A stretch of 38,901 nt of DNA from a virus (taxonomy: Duplodnaviria > Caudoviricetes). The stretch spans positions 1 to 38,901 of the IMG/VR virus record IMGVR_UViG_3300047279_000098. One strand, given 5' to 3'. Position 1 is the first letter of the stretch; each line of letters begins with the position of its first letter. The translations under genes and the position numbers were made by a program. The notes below the pieces were generated by a model that worked only from the letters and a program-made list of their open reading frames with translations, searched no databases and was not told where the DNA came from. Shown piece after piece: positions 19,501 through 27,016 of this stretch.

Positions 19501-19867
19501 AGGGTTCCAGTTTAAAGCTGTCTTGCAATCAGGCGATGAATCAGAAAATATCTTGATTGATGAACTGGGCTATGATGCTAAATTCCAGCGCCGCACCGAG
19601 CAAAGCAACGGCAATATCGCCAGCGGTGCGGGCACAAAGACCGTAACCTTCGAGAAGGCATTTTTCACCGGTACGGCAGCGATCGGTGGTGTCAATGCCT
19701 ACCTGCCAAGCATCGGCATCACGGCGCAGAACATGGCGACAGGCGACTACTTCGCAATTGGCACCGTGACAGGCACCAGTTTCCAGGTCACCTTCCGCAA
19801 TGCCGCTGGTACGGCGATCGACCGTAACTTTACCTACACCGCAGTTGGCTATGGACGTGGGGTGTAG
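16547..19867 (+). CDS. Central tail tip / host specificity protein J-like
   Basis: DLLSEGEIEG, IYLDGTP, LRYPNSAL, DPAWCLWDLLTNTRYG, EPRFLCN, FN3-like repeats. Confidence 0.95.
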   Translation: MTYIQGSGGGGGGGGGKGGGGGSGQSYIATESDDSLQSVQYGSVLDLLSEGEIEGIEGGAKGIYLDGTPIQSSAGADNFSGYTLVTRNGTQAQTYIPNTNGTELEKGVNVEASFTAAVTRTVTDVDVDRVRVTVQMPACRTIETNGDITGNSVQIEIQVQYNGGGFTTVIADTISGKTTNSYQRDYMLTLSGAFPVDIRLKRISADAISARSQNKTFFYSYTEIIDEKLRYPNSALAFLRFDSRQFSSIPARKYLVRGIKVQLPSNATVDTTTYLGRVTYAGVWDGTFGAATWCADPAWCLWDLLTNTRYGAAIPASSLDRYDFYTISQYCNTLVSDGKGAQEPRFLCNLLLNSRDEVYNVIQEFTALFRGIVYYGAGTLVVSQDKPSDPQYVITAANVIDGIFNYSGTSQKARASTATIGYQTYEGLGEVEFEYVEDAAAIAKYGIINRDVKLLGCYSQGQAARAGKWMLLSEQNLTETVTFAVSIDSGIILRPGMVVNVADPLKAGSRRGGRISSATTTAVTIDSTESLSVTVANSATLKVMMPTGLVETRNISSIVGRVITVTSAFSEAPNSQSMWLIDTTDVKLQTFRVITVSESEPGVFGVTALAYNETIYTAIESNLKVTPRDITSLGTHPEPVSSINGVEFLYESGQSVLTGFDLSWISPVQYVASFRVQHRLDNSNWITTETTSPSLRIGDLQAGTLQVQIQALNSLGNASVISPASFNLVGKTAVPGNVLNLSIEAISANSARLRWDKTLDLDVKTGGLIKIRHSSKTDGTGEWSNSIDLIPAKSGTQTEAIVPLLEGEILVKFQDDGGRQSTDATSVIVDLPETLGSLPIVSRREDQDSPPFQGTKTNVFYSEEFDALTLNGTSALDSIIDFDLIPSFDYLINVWPEGNYVFANTLDLGAVFSLDLSRYFTTRGFFPSDLIDSRVADVDLWSDWDGAVNDSVNSVLYLRRTNDNPSGTPTWSDYQPFVTGTFLGRGFQFKAVLQSGDESENILIDELGYDAKFQRRTEQSNGNIASGAGTKTVTFEKAFFTGTAAIGGVNAYLPSIGITAQNMATGDYFAIGTVTGTSFQVTFRNAAGTAIDRNFTYTAVGYGRGV

Positions 19868-19895
19868 AATGGCGGCACAATCAGCGTTTTAAGTT

Positions 19896-21605
19896 GTGGC
19901 CACGCACGATTACGTCATAGCTAACGGCACCGGCGCTGCTGTCAGGTCTGACCTAAACGGTGCCTTTGCGGCAATCGTCAGCCAGAACAGCAGCGCAACG
20001 GAACCATCCCCGAGCTACGCCTACCAGCGATGGGCCGACACCACTGCTGGCGTGATGAAGATGCGCAATGGCGCCAACAACGCATGGATCACGCTGTACC
20101 AGCTAGACGGCGAGTGGACGAGCATTGCCTTTGAGAATGGCACCGCTGCTGCACCATCGATTTATTTCAAGGACAGCGGGACCGATACCGGCATCTACAG
20201 CCCTGGGGCTGACCAATTAGCCATTAGCACTGGTGGCACCGGCAGGTTGTTTGTGGATGCGAGTGGCCGTGTAGGCGTGGGGACTGGTTCGCCTAGCAAT
20301 ACAGCAGGATTTAGCCAGCAACTTCAACTTTCGGGAAATCTTCCGTGTATTTCTATTGATAACATTGGAACAGGCGCAAACAAGTATTCACTTGGCGTAA
20401 ATGGTGTCGGAGCCCTTGGTATATGGGACAACACTGCATCTGCTTTTAGAGCGTATATCAACTCGTCAGGGTCGGTAGGGATTGGCACTACAAGCCCTGG
20501 GGATGTACTTGATACTGCGGCAGGAAACTATCGCGGAATCACTATTAAGTGTCAGACTACAGCTCATCGCCCCACGCTGTCGTTTTTTAATACTACTGAT
20601 TCATTGGCTGCTTACATTCAAGCAACTGGCAGCAGCCTTGCTTTTGGAAGAATGGGGATTGACTACGGCGGTCATACGGAGACGGCCCGCATCGACTCCA
20701 GCGGCAGGCTCTTAGTTGGTACGTCTACAAGCGAAGGTGCTTTCTTTAATGCGTCCGGTGTTAATCATTTGATAGAAGCACAGGCTCAATATTATATGCA
20801 GGCTTGGGTCTCAAATAACAACTCAAATCCTAGCGGCGCGATCCTGACTGTTGCGCGTTCTCGTGGCACTGCCGCTGGGAGTAAAACCATTGTGCAAAGT
20901 AGCGACACTCTTGGAGTATTAAGTTTTCAAGGTGCAGATGGAAGTGAGTTTGTTGAGGCCGCACGTATCGCTGTTGAGGTGGACTCAACCCCTAACTCCA
21001 ACGATATGCCAGGTCGTTTGGTATTTCTCACAACCGCAGATGGTGCAGCTAGTCCTACGGAGGCGATGAGGATTGGGAATAACGGCCAAGTCTCTATTGG
21101 TGTCAATTCCGTAGGCTCATTTGCACGCGCAAGCCTGCTGGCATCTACCACTAGCGGCAGCCATTATGGGGTGCATGTGAATTCAACTAATACGACCAAT
21201 GGTGCCGTATTAGTTGAATTTACAGCCGCAACGACTGAAGTAGGAAACATTACGACTAACGGCACCAGTTCTGTTTCCTACAACACAACGTCCGACTACC
21301 GCCTGAAAGAAAACGTCACGTTAATTCCTGATGGCATTGCCCGCTGCAAACAACTCAAGCCTAGCCGTTTCAACTTTAAGGTCGATCCTGACCACACAGT
21401 TGAGGGTTTCATCGCTCACGAAGCACAAGCAGTCGTCCCTGAATGTGTCACTGGCGAAAAGGATGCAGTTGATGAAGACGGCAACCCCAAGTATCAAGGC
21501 ATCGACCAATCCAAACTGGTGCCACTGCTGACGGCTGCGTTGCAGGAAGCCATCGCCAAGATCGAAGCCTTGGAGACTCGGCTAACAGCGGCTGGCATTG
21601 CGTAG
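19896..21605 (+). CDS. Tail fibre with C-terminal intramolecular chaperone (peptidase S74-like)
   Basis: GTG start; repeated (R/Y)xxxSGxVG(I/V)GT modules; SDYRLKENV..GFIAHE..IDQSKLVPLLTAALQE chaperone domain. Confidence 0.88.
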   Translation: MATHDYVIANGTGAAVRSDLNGAFAAIVSQNSSATEPSPSYAYQRWADTTAGVMKMRNGANNAWITLYQLDGEWTSIAFENGTAAAPSIYFKDSGTDTGIYSPGADQLAISTGGTGRLFVDASGRVGVGTGSPSNTAGFSQQLQLSGNLPCISIDNIGTGANKYSLGVNGVGALGIWDNTASAFRAYINSSGSVGIGTTSPGDVLDTAAGNYRGITIKCQTTAHRPTLSFFNTTDSLAAYIQATGSSLAFGRMGIDYGGHTETARIDSSGRLLVGTSTSEGAFFNASGVNHLIEAQAQYYMQAWVSNNNSNPSGAILTVARSRGTAAGSKTIVQSSDTLGVLSFQGADGSEFVEAARIAVEVDSTPNSNDMPGRLVFLTTADGAASPTEAMRIGNNGQVSIGVNSVGSFARASLLASTTSGSHYGVHVNSTNTTNGAVLVEFTAATTEVGNITTNGTSSVSYNTTSDYRLKENVTLIPDGIARCKQLKPSRFNFKVDPDHTVEGFIAHEAQAVVPECVTGEKDAVDEDGNPKYQGIDQSKLVPLLTAALQEAIAKIEALETRLTAAGIA

Positions 21606-21655
21606 TCGCCCCAAGCCCATTAGTCAACGCCACTACCCACCACCACCACGCCACC

Positions 21656-21955
21656 ATGACCACCACATTCTCTTGGGCCATCGCCAACCTTGAGCGCACC
21701 ACGGTTGATGGCATCGTCTACACCGTCCACTGGACCGTCGCTGCCAACGATGGCACCTACAGCAGCTCTGCCTACGGCTCCATCGGCCTGGAGCAGCCCG
21801 AAGGCAACGTGATCCCATACGCTGACCTAACCGCCGAGATTGTCATCGGCTGGGTGCAGGGCAAGCTGGATGTGCCAGCCATCGAGGCAGCACTTCAGGC
21901 GCAACTGGATGAACAGGCTGCTCCTACTACGGCGGCTGGGGTGCCGTGGCAGTAA
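21656..21955 (+). CDS. Fibre-associated hypothetical protein
   Basis: WAIANLER..VYTVHW..IPYADLT..VIGWV..GVPW family commonly found next to phage fibres. Confidence 0.65.
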   Translation: MTTTFSWAIANLERTTVDGIVYTVHWTVAANDGTYSSSAYGSIGLEQPEGNVIPYADLTAEIVIGWVQGKLDVPAIEAALQAQLDEQAAPTTAAGVPWQ

Positions 21956-22083
21956 AGAGCAAGACCGGTGTTGCCCGGATTGATCACCAGCCTGGGCCAC
22001 CCAAAACCACCTCGCAAGGTCAAGGCCAAAATTCACGACCACGACGTCGAGGGCGAAAACCCTTGCGCGGTCAAGGTCGTTAA
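21946..22083 (+). CDS. Small basic protein (45 aa), not in ORF track
   Basis: GTG start; MAVKSKTGVARIDHQPGPPKTTSQGQGQNSRPRRRGRKPLRGQGR; resembles short ...RGQG(R/K)-ending cyanophage proteins (from memory). Confidence 0.6.
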   Translation: MAVKSKTGVARIDHQPGPPKTTSQGQGQNSRPRRRGRKPLRGQGR

Positions 22084-22113
22084 AATGCAAGCAAGCGCCG
22101 GCACTGGTTTGTC

Positions 22114-22377
22114 ATGGTCGAAAATTTGATCGTTGGTCTTGCCTGCCTAGTCCTAGGCGGTGTTGGTGGTAGTGCCTCCCGGTGGGTGGCATCACGCGGC
22201 GCCGAAGATGAAAAAGCCAATATCGCCATCGTCAAGCTCAGTGCTGGTGTTGAGCACATTGCCGCTGAACTCACGGCCATCCGCGAGGACATGCGTACCG
22301 ACCGCCGTGAACTGTTTGGCCGTCTTGGAACAGCAGAGCAGCGTATTGCTAGGCTGGAGGCACATCACATCCCCTGA
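22114..22377 (+). CDS. Membrane protein with coiled coil (holin/antiholin-like)
   Basis: N-terminal TM (LIVGLACLVLGGVGG) followed by heptad region; upstream of lysin. Confidence 0.55.
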   Translation: MVENLIVGLACLVLGGVGGSASRWVASRGAEDEKANIAIVKLSAGVEHIAAELTAIREDMRTDRRELFGRLGTAEQRIARLEAHHIP

Positions 22378-22378
22378 G

Positions 22379-22564
22379 ATGGACCGCATCGCTGAATACG
22401 TTGCGCTTGCAGTGGCGATCCACGGACTCGCGCTGGTAATTGTCAACCTGACACCTACGCCGAAGGACAACGCAGCACTGAGCAATGCTGCTCGTGTAGC
22501 CGTGCGTGTCTACCGCTTGATCGAAATTATTGCCGGTGTTGTGTCGCCCCGCGTCAAGCGATGA
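22379..22564 (+). CDS. Putative holin (61 aa)
   Basis: MDRIAEYVALAVAIHGLALVIVNLTPTPKDN...; TM followed by TPTPKD motif; ATGA overlap with lysin. Confidence 0.65.
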   Translation: MDRIAEYVALAVAIHGLALVIVNLTPTPKDNAALSNAARVAVRVYRLIEIIAGVVSPRVKR

Positions 22565-23250
22565 CCAATACAAGCCCGATCACCCTTGATCAGCTTTTTC
22601 GCAACAACCGCAACCTGCCGCATCAACTTGCGGCGATCACTGAACTTGAACAGGACATTCGCGTCAATGGCTATGACGTTGCCATGCGTCGCAGCCGTCC
22701 GTGGTTCAGCGTCTGGAGTCAAGCTGGCAAGCAATCAAATCCGCTGCCAGTGCCATACCAGTCGCAGCGGGACAACTACCGCGATGCAAACCGCACATGC
22801 TTCAGCTCCAGTTGCGCAATGCTGCTGATGACACTGAAGCCTGGCGTCATCCATTCGGATGATGATTACATAAAAACCGTCTTCAGCATTGGCGATACCA
22901 CTGATGCATCAGTACAACTGAAGGCATTGGCAAAATACGGCATCAAAGCCCGCTTCGAGACTGGCGGCAACCGTGATCTAGTCAAGCGGCAGATCGATGC
23001 TGGCAAGCCTGTCCCCGCTGGGTTCTTGCATCACGGTTCCGTATCGGCCCCTACAGGCGGCGGCCACTGGCTATGCATCATCGGCTATGACGCCAAAGGT
23101 TACTGGGTCAATGATCCATGGGGTGAGATGAACCTAACCGCCGGCACCTACGGCAGTACCGTAGGATCCAAAATCCACTACAGCTACGCCAACTGGGAAC
23201 CCCGTTGGATGGTTGATGGTCCAAGCACCGGGTGGTGCATCATCGCTTGA
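22561..23250 (+). CDS. Putative endolysin, peptidase C39-like
   Basis: LPVPYQSQ, TCFSSSCAM (Cys), GGGHWLCIIGYD (His), VNDPWG (Asp); follows holin-like genes. Confidence 0.75.
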   Translation: MTNTSPITLDQLFRNNRNLPHQLAAITELEQDIRVNGYDVAMRRSRPWFSVWSQAGKQSNPLPVPYQSQRDNYRDANRTCFSSSCAMLLMTLKPGVIHSDDDYIKTVFSIGDTTDASVQLKALAKYGIKARFETGGNRDLVKRQIDAGKPVPAGFLHHGSVSAPTGGGHWLCIIGYDAKGYWVNDPWGEMNLTAGTYGSTVGSKIHYSYANWEPRWMVDGPSTGWCIIA

Positions 23251-23254
23251 ACAA

Positions 23255-23770
23255 ATGCTGATTCCTGATCACGAAATCCGTCGCCTTTGCAAATTGAAGG
23301 AAATGGTGTCGCCTTACATCGAGGCGCATCTCAATCCTGCATCACTAGACGTGACGCTAGGCGAACGCATCATGATCGAGGTGCCCGGCACCCTTGACAT
23401 GGAAATTAAGGGAATTCATGACTACAGCCAAGAAGACCCATGCTGGATCAAGCCTGGAGAGTTTTTCTTGGCCGAAACTAGGGAGATCTTCAATCTTCCT
23501 AACCACCTTGGGGCGCAGTTTGTCCTGAAATCAAGCCGTGCTCGAGAGGGCTGGGATCATGCTGAAGCAGGCTGGTGTGATCCAGGCTGGTTTGGCTCCC
23601 GCTTGACGATGGAACTGAAGAACAGCCGCCGGTTCAGTGATTTACCTATCTGGCCTGGGATGCGGATTGGTCAGATGAAATTCATTCTGGTGTCGGGCAC
23701 CCCAGATAATACTTACGCTCAAACTGGTCGCTACAACTGCGATCTGGGCGTAACGGCAAGCAAGGGTTGA
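23255..23770 (+). CDS. dcd: dCTP deaminase
   Basis: Probable start ATG 23255; NPASLDVTLG, KSSRAREG, AGWCDPG, LTMEL, GMRIGQ. Confidence 0.9.
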   Translation: MLIPDHEIRRLCKLKEMVSPYIEAHLNPASLDVTLGERIMIEVPGTLDMEIKGIHDYSQEDPCWIKPGEFFLAETREIFNLPNHLGAQFVLKSSRAREGWDHAEAGWCDPGWFGSRLTMELKNSRRFSDLPIWPGMRIGQMKFILVSGTPDNTYAQTGRYNCDLGVTASKG

Positions 23771-24285
23771 TTCGCGCACTGAGCGCAAAATTGCGCAGCC
23801 CACCACGTCAACTCCGGCGCACTAAACGAGCGCAGTCGATCATTGGCCAAAAAATAACTTGGAGCGCGTTGTATTTGTTGCCTAATCCCAAAAGTAATGA
23901 TCTCGCGTCCCATTGCCCATCCTTGTAGGTGGCAGGTGGCGCCATCGACCAGGATCCAAGCAAACGGTGCGGCAAGCTTCTGCAACGTGATTTCGCGCTC
24001 AAACAGGTAAAGGCGATTCCGGGGTCTTACGGTGGCGCGAACTTCCCATAAGCCGCCCACATCGGGCTCACAAAAACCGGCGTCGGTAGCCAAAAACTCC
24101 CAGTTGATGGGAAGTTTGAAATAAACATGCAGCGCCACTTCTGCAATGGCGCCCGGCACGTCAGTGGCGACACAAGACTGACCACCAGAAAAATCAAAGG
24201 ATCCCGCACGGCGGCGATTGTTTCGACGAGCATCCGCGACAGCGACGGCTTGTTGGTACAGGTCAACAGGCAGTGTGATCTTCAT
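23731..24285 (-). CDS. Hypothetical protein, possible PD-(D/E)XK-like nuclease fold
   Basis: GAIAEVA..EPDVGGLWEVRAT..WILV..LQGW; coupled to upstream ORF by ATGA overlap. Confidence 0.5.
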   Translation of the reverse strand: MKITLPVDLYQQAVAVADARRNNRRRAGSFDFSGGQSCVATDVPGAIAEVALHVYFKLPINWEFLATDAGFCEPDVGGLWEVRATVRPRNRLYLFEREITLQKLAAPFAWILVDGATCHLQGWAMGREIITFGIRQQIQRAPSYFLANDRLRSFSAPELTWWAAQFCAQCANQPLLAVTPRSQL

Positions 24286-24452
24286 GCGACTTGTTCGCGG
24301 TGCCTGTGAATGCGTGGCGGCGCTTCAGCCGGATCATCCAGTGGGATCATCCGGTAGGTATCGACGGCATGCGTCTCAGCCCAATGCTGCGCGGCGATGT
24401 GGGTCGGGAATGGACCGACGTGCCAGAGGCCAAGGTCAAGGATGTAGGACAT
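24282..24452 (-). CDS. Small hypothetical protein (56 aa)
   Basis: MSYILDLGLWHVGPFPTHIAAQHWAE...; ATG at 24452 with -10-like TATCGT upstream. Confidence 0.6.
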   Translation of the reverse strand: MSYILDLGLWHVGPFPTHIAAQHWAETHAVDTYRMIPLDDPAEAPPRIHRHREQVA

Positions 24453-24501
24453 GGGTTGCTGGGTAGTGGTCGCTACGATAGGGACTGCGGCTTTTGCCCA
24501 C
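24453..24501. promoter_or_regulatory. Putative bidirectional promoter
   Basis: Overlapping TACGAT (+, 24474-24479) and TATCGT (-, 24480-24475), each 22 nt from a divergent ATG. Confidence 0.5.
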
Positions 24502-24732
24502 ATGCAGGCGTATCTGGTGGAGATTACCGCGAAAGTGGTGATTCGATCCGACACGGATCCAAACGAGCTCTGCGACAACCTGTATGCACAGATAACAGAA
24601 TTCATCCACAATGATGATGATCTGTTGAACCTTGAAATCGAACTGCTCCCCTTGCCTGGCAACTGCAATGGATCACCAGATCGACGGGACGAACCTGATT
24701 CCGAGGAAGGAAGCAAAGCTCCGGTTTCGTGA
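24502..24732 (+). CDS. Small acidic hypothetical protein
   Basis: MQAYLVEITAKVVIRSD...; divergent from the 24452 ORF; overlaps HNH start. Confidence 0.55.
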   Translation: MQAYLVEITAKVVIRSDTDPNELCDNLYAQITEFIHNDDDLLNLEIELLPLPGNCNGSPDRRDEPDSEEGSKAPVS

Positions 24733-24976
24733 TCAAATCCACCTTGCGTGGGACTGGAAATGCGCGTATTGTTGCGCAGAACTGGGTAGATCGGCAACGC
24801 TGGATCATATCATCCCAAAAGTTAAGGGTGGGTTAACAGTACGTTCAAATCTGATTAGCTGTTGTCTTGGTTGCAATAGCCGCAAACAACATACAGATTG
24901 GAAAGAATGGTACCAAGATCAGGATTTTTATTGCGTAATTAGGGAAGAGGCGATTACGGCGTGGACCAATCAGTAG
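24668..24976 (+). CDS. HNH endonuclease (McrA-type, Zn-binding)
   Basis: CAYC..TLDHIIPKVKGG..NLISCCLGCNSRK; start ATG 24668. Confidence 0.88.
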   Translation: MDHQIDGTNLIPRKEAKLRFRDQIHLAWDWKCAYCCAELGRSATLDHIIPKVKGGLTVRSNLISCCLGCNSRKQHTDWKEWYQDQDFYCVIREEAITAWTNQ

Positions 24977-25137
24977 TAGTTAACATAAATCTCGGCCTGC
25001 CATAAATCAACTGTATAACGCTGACGTGCTCCATTTTGACCGCATGCCCTATACAATGGCATCCCGTCATCGCCCTCCATCACTTCAATCCAACGTGTTT
25101 CACCGCGCTCAAGGCGGTCCAATACTTTCCGTTCCAT
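24970..25137 (-). CDS. Small hypothetical protein
   Basis: MERKVLDRLERGETRWIE..YRAC..DLWQAEIY; part of tightly packed leftward operon. Confidence 0.55.
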   Translation of the reverse strand: MERKVLDRLERGETRWIEVMEGDDGMPLYRACGQNGARQRYTVDLWQAEIYVNYY

Positions 25138-25468
25138 CGTCTTCATACAGCGAGCATTTCCTAGCGTAGCGACCCTTGTTCGTGCGCGCCTCGGGAAACC
25201 CAAAACTGCATGCATCAGATCGTGGTGTCCAGTGAATGCAAGACCAGCACTTAGGTTTGCCTTGATAGGATTCCCTGATTTCTTCTATTGATTTACCGCT
25301 GTACAATGCCAAATAATTGTATTGAGCACAAATAAACGCTGCCCGCAAATCAGGCGTGCCAAGGTTAATCATGACCGGTTCGCAATTTGGCAATTTGATC
25401 CTTACGGTCCAATTCTCTGCCAAAGAATTGCGCTGCACAATTACGCGGCCATTGTAAAGATTAATCAT
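25109..25468 (-). CDS. Hypothetical protein with C-terminal Cys cluster
   Basis: MINLYNGRV...; CWSCIHW..CSFGFPE..CSLY putative metal site. Confidence 0.6.
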   Translation of the reverse strand: MINLYNGRVIVQRNSLAENWTVRIKLPNCEPVMINLGTPDLRAAFICAQYNYLALYSGKSIEEIRESYQGKPKCWSCIHWTPRSDACSFGFPEARTNKGRYARKCSLYEDDGTESIGPP

Positions 25469-25694
25469 CTTTTTCACCAAATGAAGGTGCGTGATACAGC
25501 CGCTCTAGTTGCATTGAAGCTGGCTCTGTATTGCCTGAATCCCAGATGCCAGCGTTGGTAGGATCATTCCTATCCTTGACACCATAAACAGTCATGGTGC
25601 CATGTTGCTTTACATGCACCATACTAATGCGGGGGCTGCTAATCAAAAAACGGATTGCAGCATTTTCAAGCCAGGACAGGAATGGCGCATTCAT
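25461..25694 (-). CDS. Hypothetical protein
   Basis: 77 aa; overlaps neighbours at start and stop; ends LERLYHAPSFGE. Confidence 0.6.
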   Translation of the reverse strand: MNAPFLSWLENAAIRFLISSPRISMVHVKQHGTMTVYGVKDRNDPTNAGIWDSGNTEPASMQLERLYHAPSFGEKDD

Positions 25695-25918
25695 GGTTCA
25701 AGATGGTTGATGAGACGATTGATGTACCACTGGGCTTTGCGTGCATCCTGGAGTGGAGCACCCTTCAGCCACATTCTTAGCAGATATTTAAGGGCTTGAC
25801 CTTGAAGGTAGCCGCAAATAATATCAGAAGGAGCACTGGAAATAGCATCTTCAATGACGTCAATGGTTTCGTATTTGCGATCAGCGTAATGCGGGGGATG
25901 ATTAACAAGATCAGCCAT
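25691..25918 (-). CDS. DUF3310-like protein (T7 gp1.7/SaV-related)
   Basis: DLVNHPPHY..ETIDVI..GQALKYLLR..KG..QDARKAQWYINRL. Confidence 0.85.
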   Translation of the reverse strand: MADLVNHPPHYADRKYETIDVIEDAISSAPSDIICGYLQGQALKYLLRMWLKGAPLQDARKAQWYINRLINHLEP

Positions 25919-26150
25919 TGTCATCACCATAAAGGATTGAAACAGGTACGCATGGCGTTGGTTTGCCGCCAAAGCGGAAGTCTGGGTTGACCTTCTCCCA
26001 TTTAACAGCCCATGACTCAATTGTGAGTTCAACCGTAAACCACTTGTGTTTACAATCGTCGCATACACGCTGACGTGTTGTATGATTTGGCTTTGTGGTA
26101 TTTGATTGTAAAACAAATACCGTACCGTGATTGCATTTAGGGCAGTTCAT
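25911..26150 (-). CDS. NrdR-N-terminal-like zinc ribbon protein
   Basis: MNCPKC..TVFVLQS..RQRVCDDCKHKWFTVE; no ATP-cone. Confidence 0.7.
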   Translation of the reverse strand: MNCPKCNHGTVFVLQSNTTKPNHTTRQRVCDDCKHKWFTVELTIESWAVKWEKVNPDFRFGGKPTPCVPVSILYGDDNG

Positions 26151-26388
26151 TAGATGGTTTTGGTTTGGTAGTTGGGGCAGTGGGGCTATTGAGCCACTCG
26201 CGCAGCGCGTCCCCCGTAGGCGTCTTCGGCGGCCATGCAATGAAGCGCAGCAGCTCCTTGGTATCGGTGAACAGCATCGAGACATGGGGCCGCCACGCCA
26301 TGTAGCTGATGCCGTTCCACCGGTCGTGCCGGCGTTCGACGCGGAGGCCGCTGGCGGTAAAGAGGTCAGGCACGGCCCCACCTCTCAA
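26137..26388 (-). CDS. Hypothetical protein
   Basis: 83 aa, WPPKTPTGDALREWL; fits operon packing. Confidence 0.5.
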   Translation of the reverse strand: MRGGAVPDLFTASGLRVERRHDRWNGISYMAWRPHVSMLFTDTKELLRFIAWPPKTPTGDALREWLNSPTAPTTKPKPSNELP

Positions 26389-26403
26389 GGACGGCGCGTG
26401 GTG

Positions 26404-26595
26404 TCATAAGTGGGGCCACCTATCATCATCCGTCGGCGGCTCCGGCGGTGGGGTGGCTAGTAGGGCGGCACGGGCGCGATTGAGGCGCTCTTCCGTTGTT
26501 TTCATTGGTCGAACGCTGTTTCGCATGTCAAGCAATAGCTCAACAGAACAAACAAGCTCCGCGCACAATTCGCGAAAGTCGGGGGTGGTGGTCAT
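26404..26595 (-). CDS. Hypothetical protein
   Basis: MTTTPDFRELCAEL..RARAALLATPPPEPPTD; ATGA overlap with upstream ORF. Confidence 0.6.
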   Translation of the reverse strand: MTTTPDFRELCAELVCSVELLLDMRNSVRPMKTTEERLNRARAALLATPPPEPPTDDDRWPHL

Positions 26596-26786
26596 TGGTC
26601 CTCCAGTTCTGCAACAACTTGCGTTCGATGTTCTCTGATGATTAGCTTGTGGGCGCCATTTTGCGAATACTCCATGAGATAGCGAGTTCCTTCTCGCTGC
26701 GCATCAGCTAACTCGTTGCAAGAGCCACCAGCTTGCCACTCGTTTTCAGCATCTTGCAGCTCCCATTCGTAGTGGATGTCAGTCAT
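26592..26786 (-). CDS. Hypothetical protein (64 aa)
   Basis: MTDIHYEWELQD...ELEDQ; GGAGG upstream and ATGA overlaps on both sides. Confidence 0.6.
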   Translation of the reverse strand: MTDIHYEWELQDAENEWQAGGSCNELADAQREGTRYLMEYSQNGAHKLIIREHRTQVVAELEDQ

Positions 26787-27016
26787 TGGCCCTCCAGTTC
26801 GGTGGCGATGGCGAGGATTTTGCGGCGTGTCTTTTGATTGGCATTCCAAATTGGCCACCGATCATTCAAATCAGCAAACGGTTGCTCGGAGGGTTCTGAT
26901 TCCTCCGGCACCACCTGATCCGTCAACTCGAATATGGCGGCAACCAATCCGCTGTCGATGTAAGTGTTCTCGTAGGCATCCAGCACAGCCTGAGCAGCGG
27001 GTGATAGGTCAGTCAT
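26783..27016 (-). CDS. Hypothetical protein
   Basis: MTDLSPAAQAVLDA..DQVVPEE..ILAIATELEGQ. Confidence 0.6.
   Translation of the reverse strand: MTDLSPAAQAVLDAYENTYIDSGLVAAIFELTDQVVPEESEPSEQPFADLNDRWPIWNANQKTRRKILAIATELEGQ

Noticed and set aside
24668-24976. RNA-guided (IscB/HEARO-like) nuclease or terminase-associated HNH
   Set aside because: Only about 102 aa, no RuvC motifs, no adjacent non-coding space for a guide RNA, and far from terS/cos
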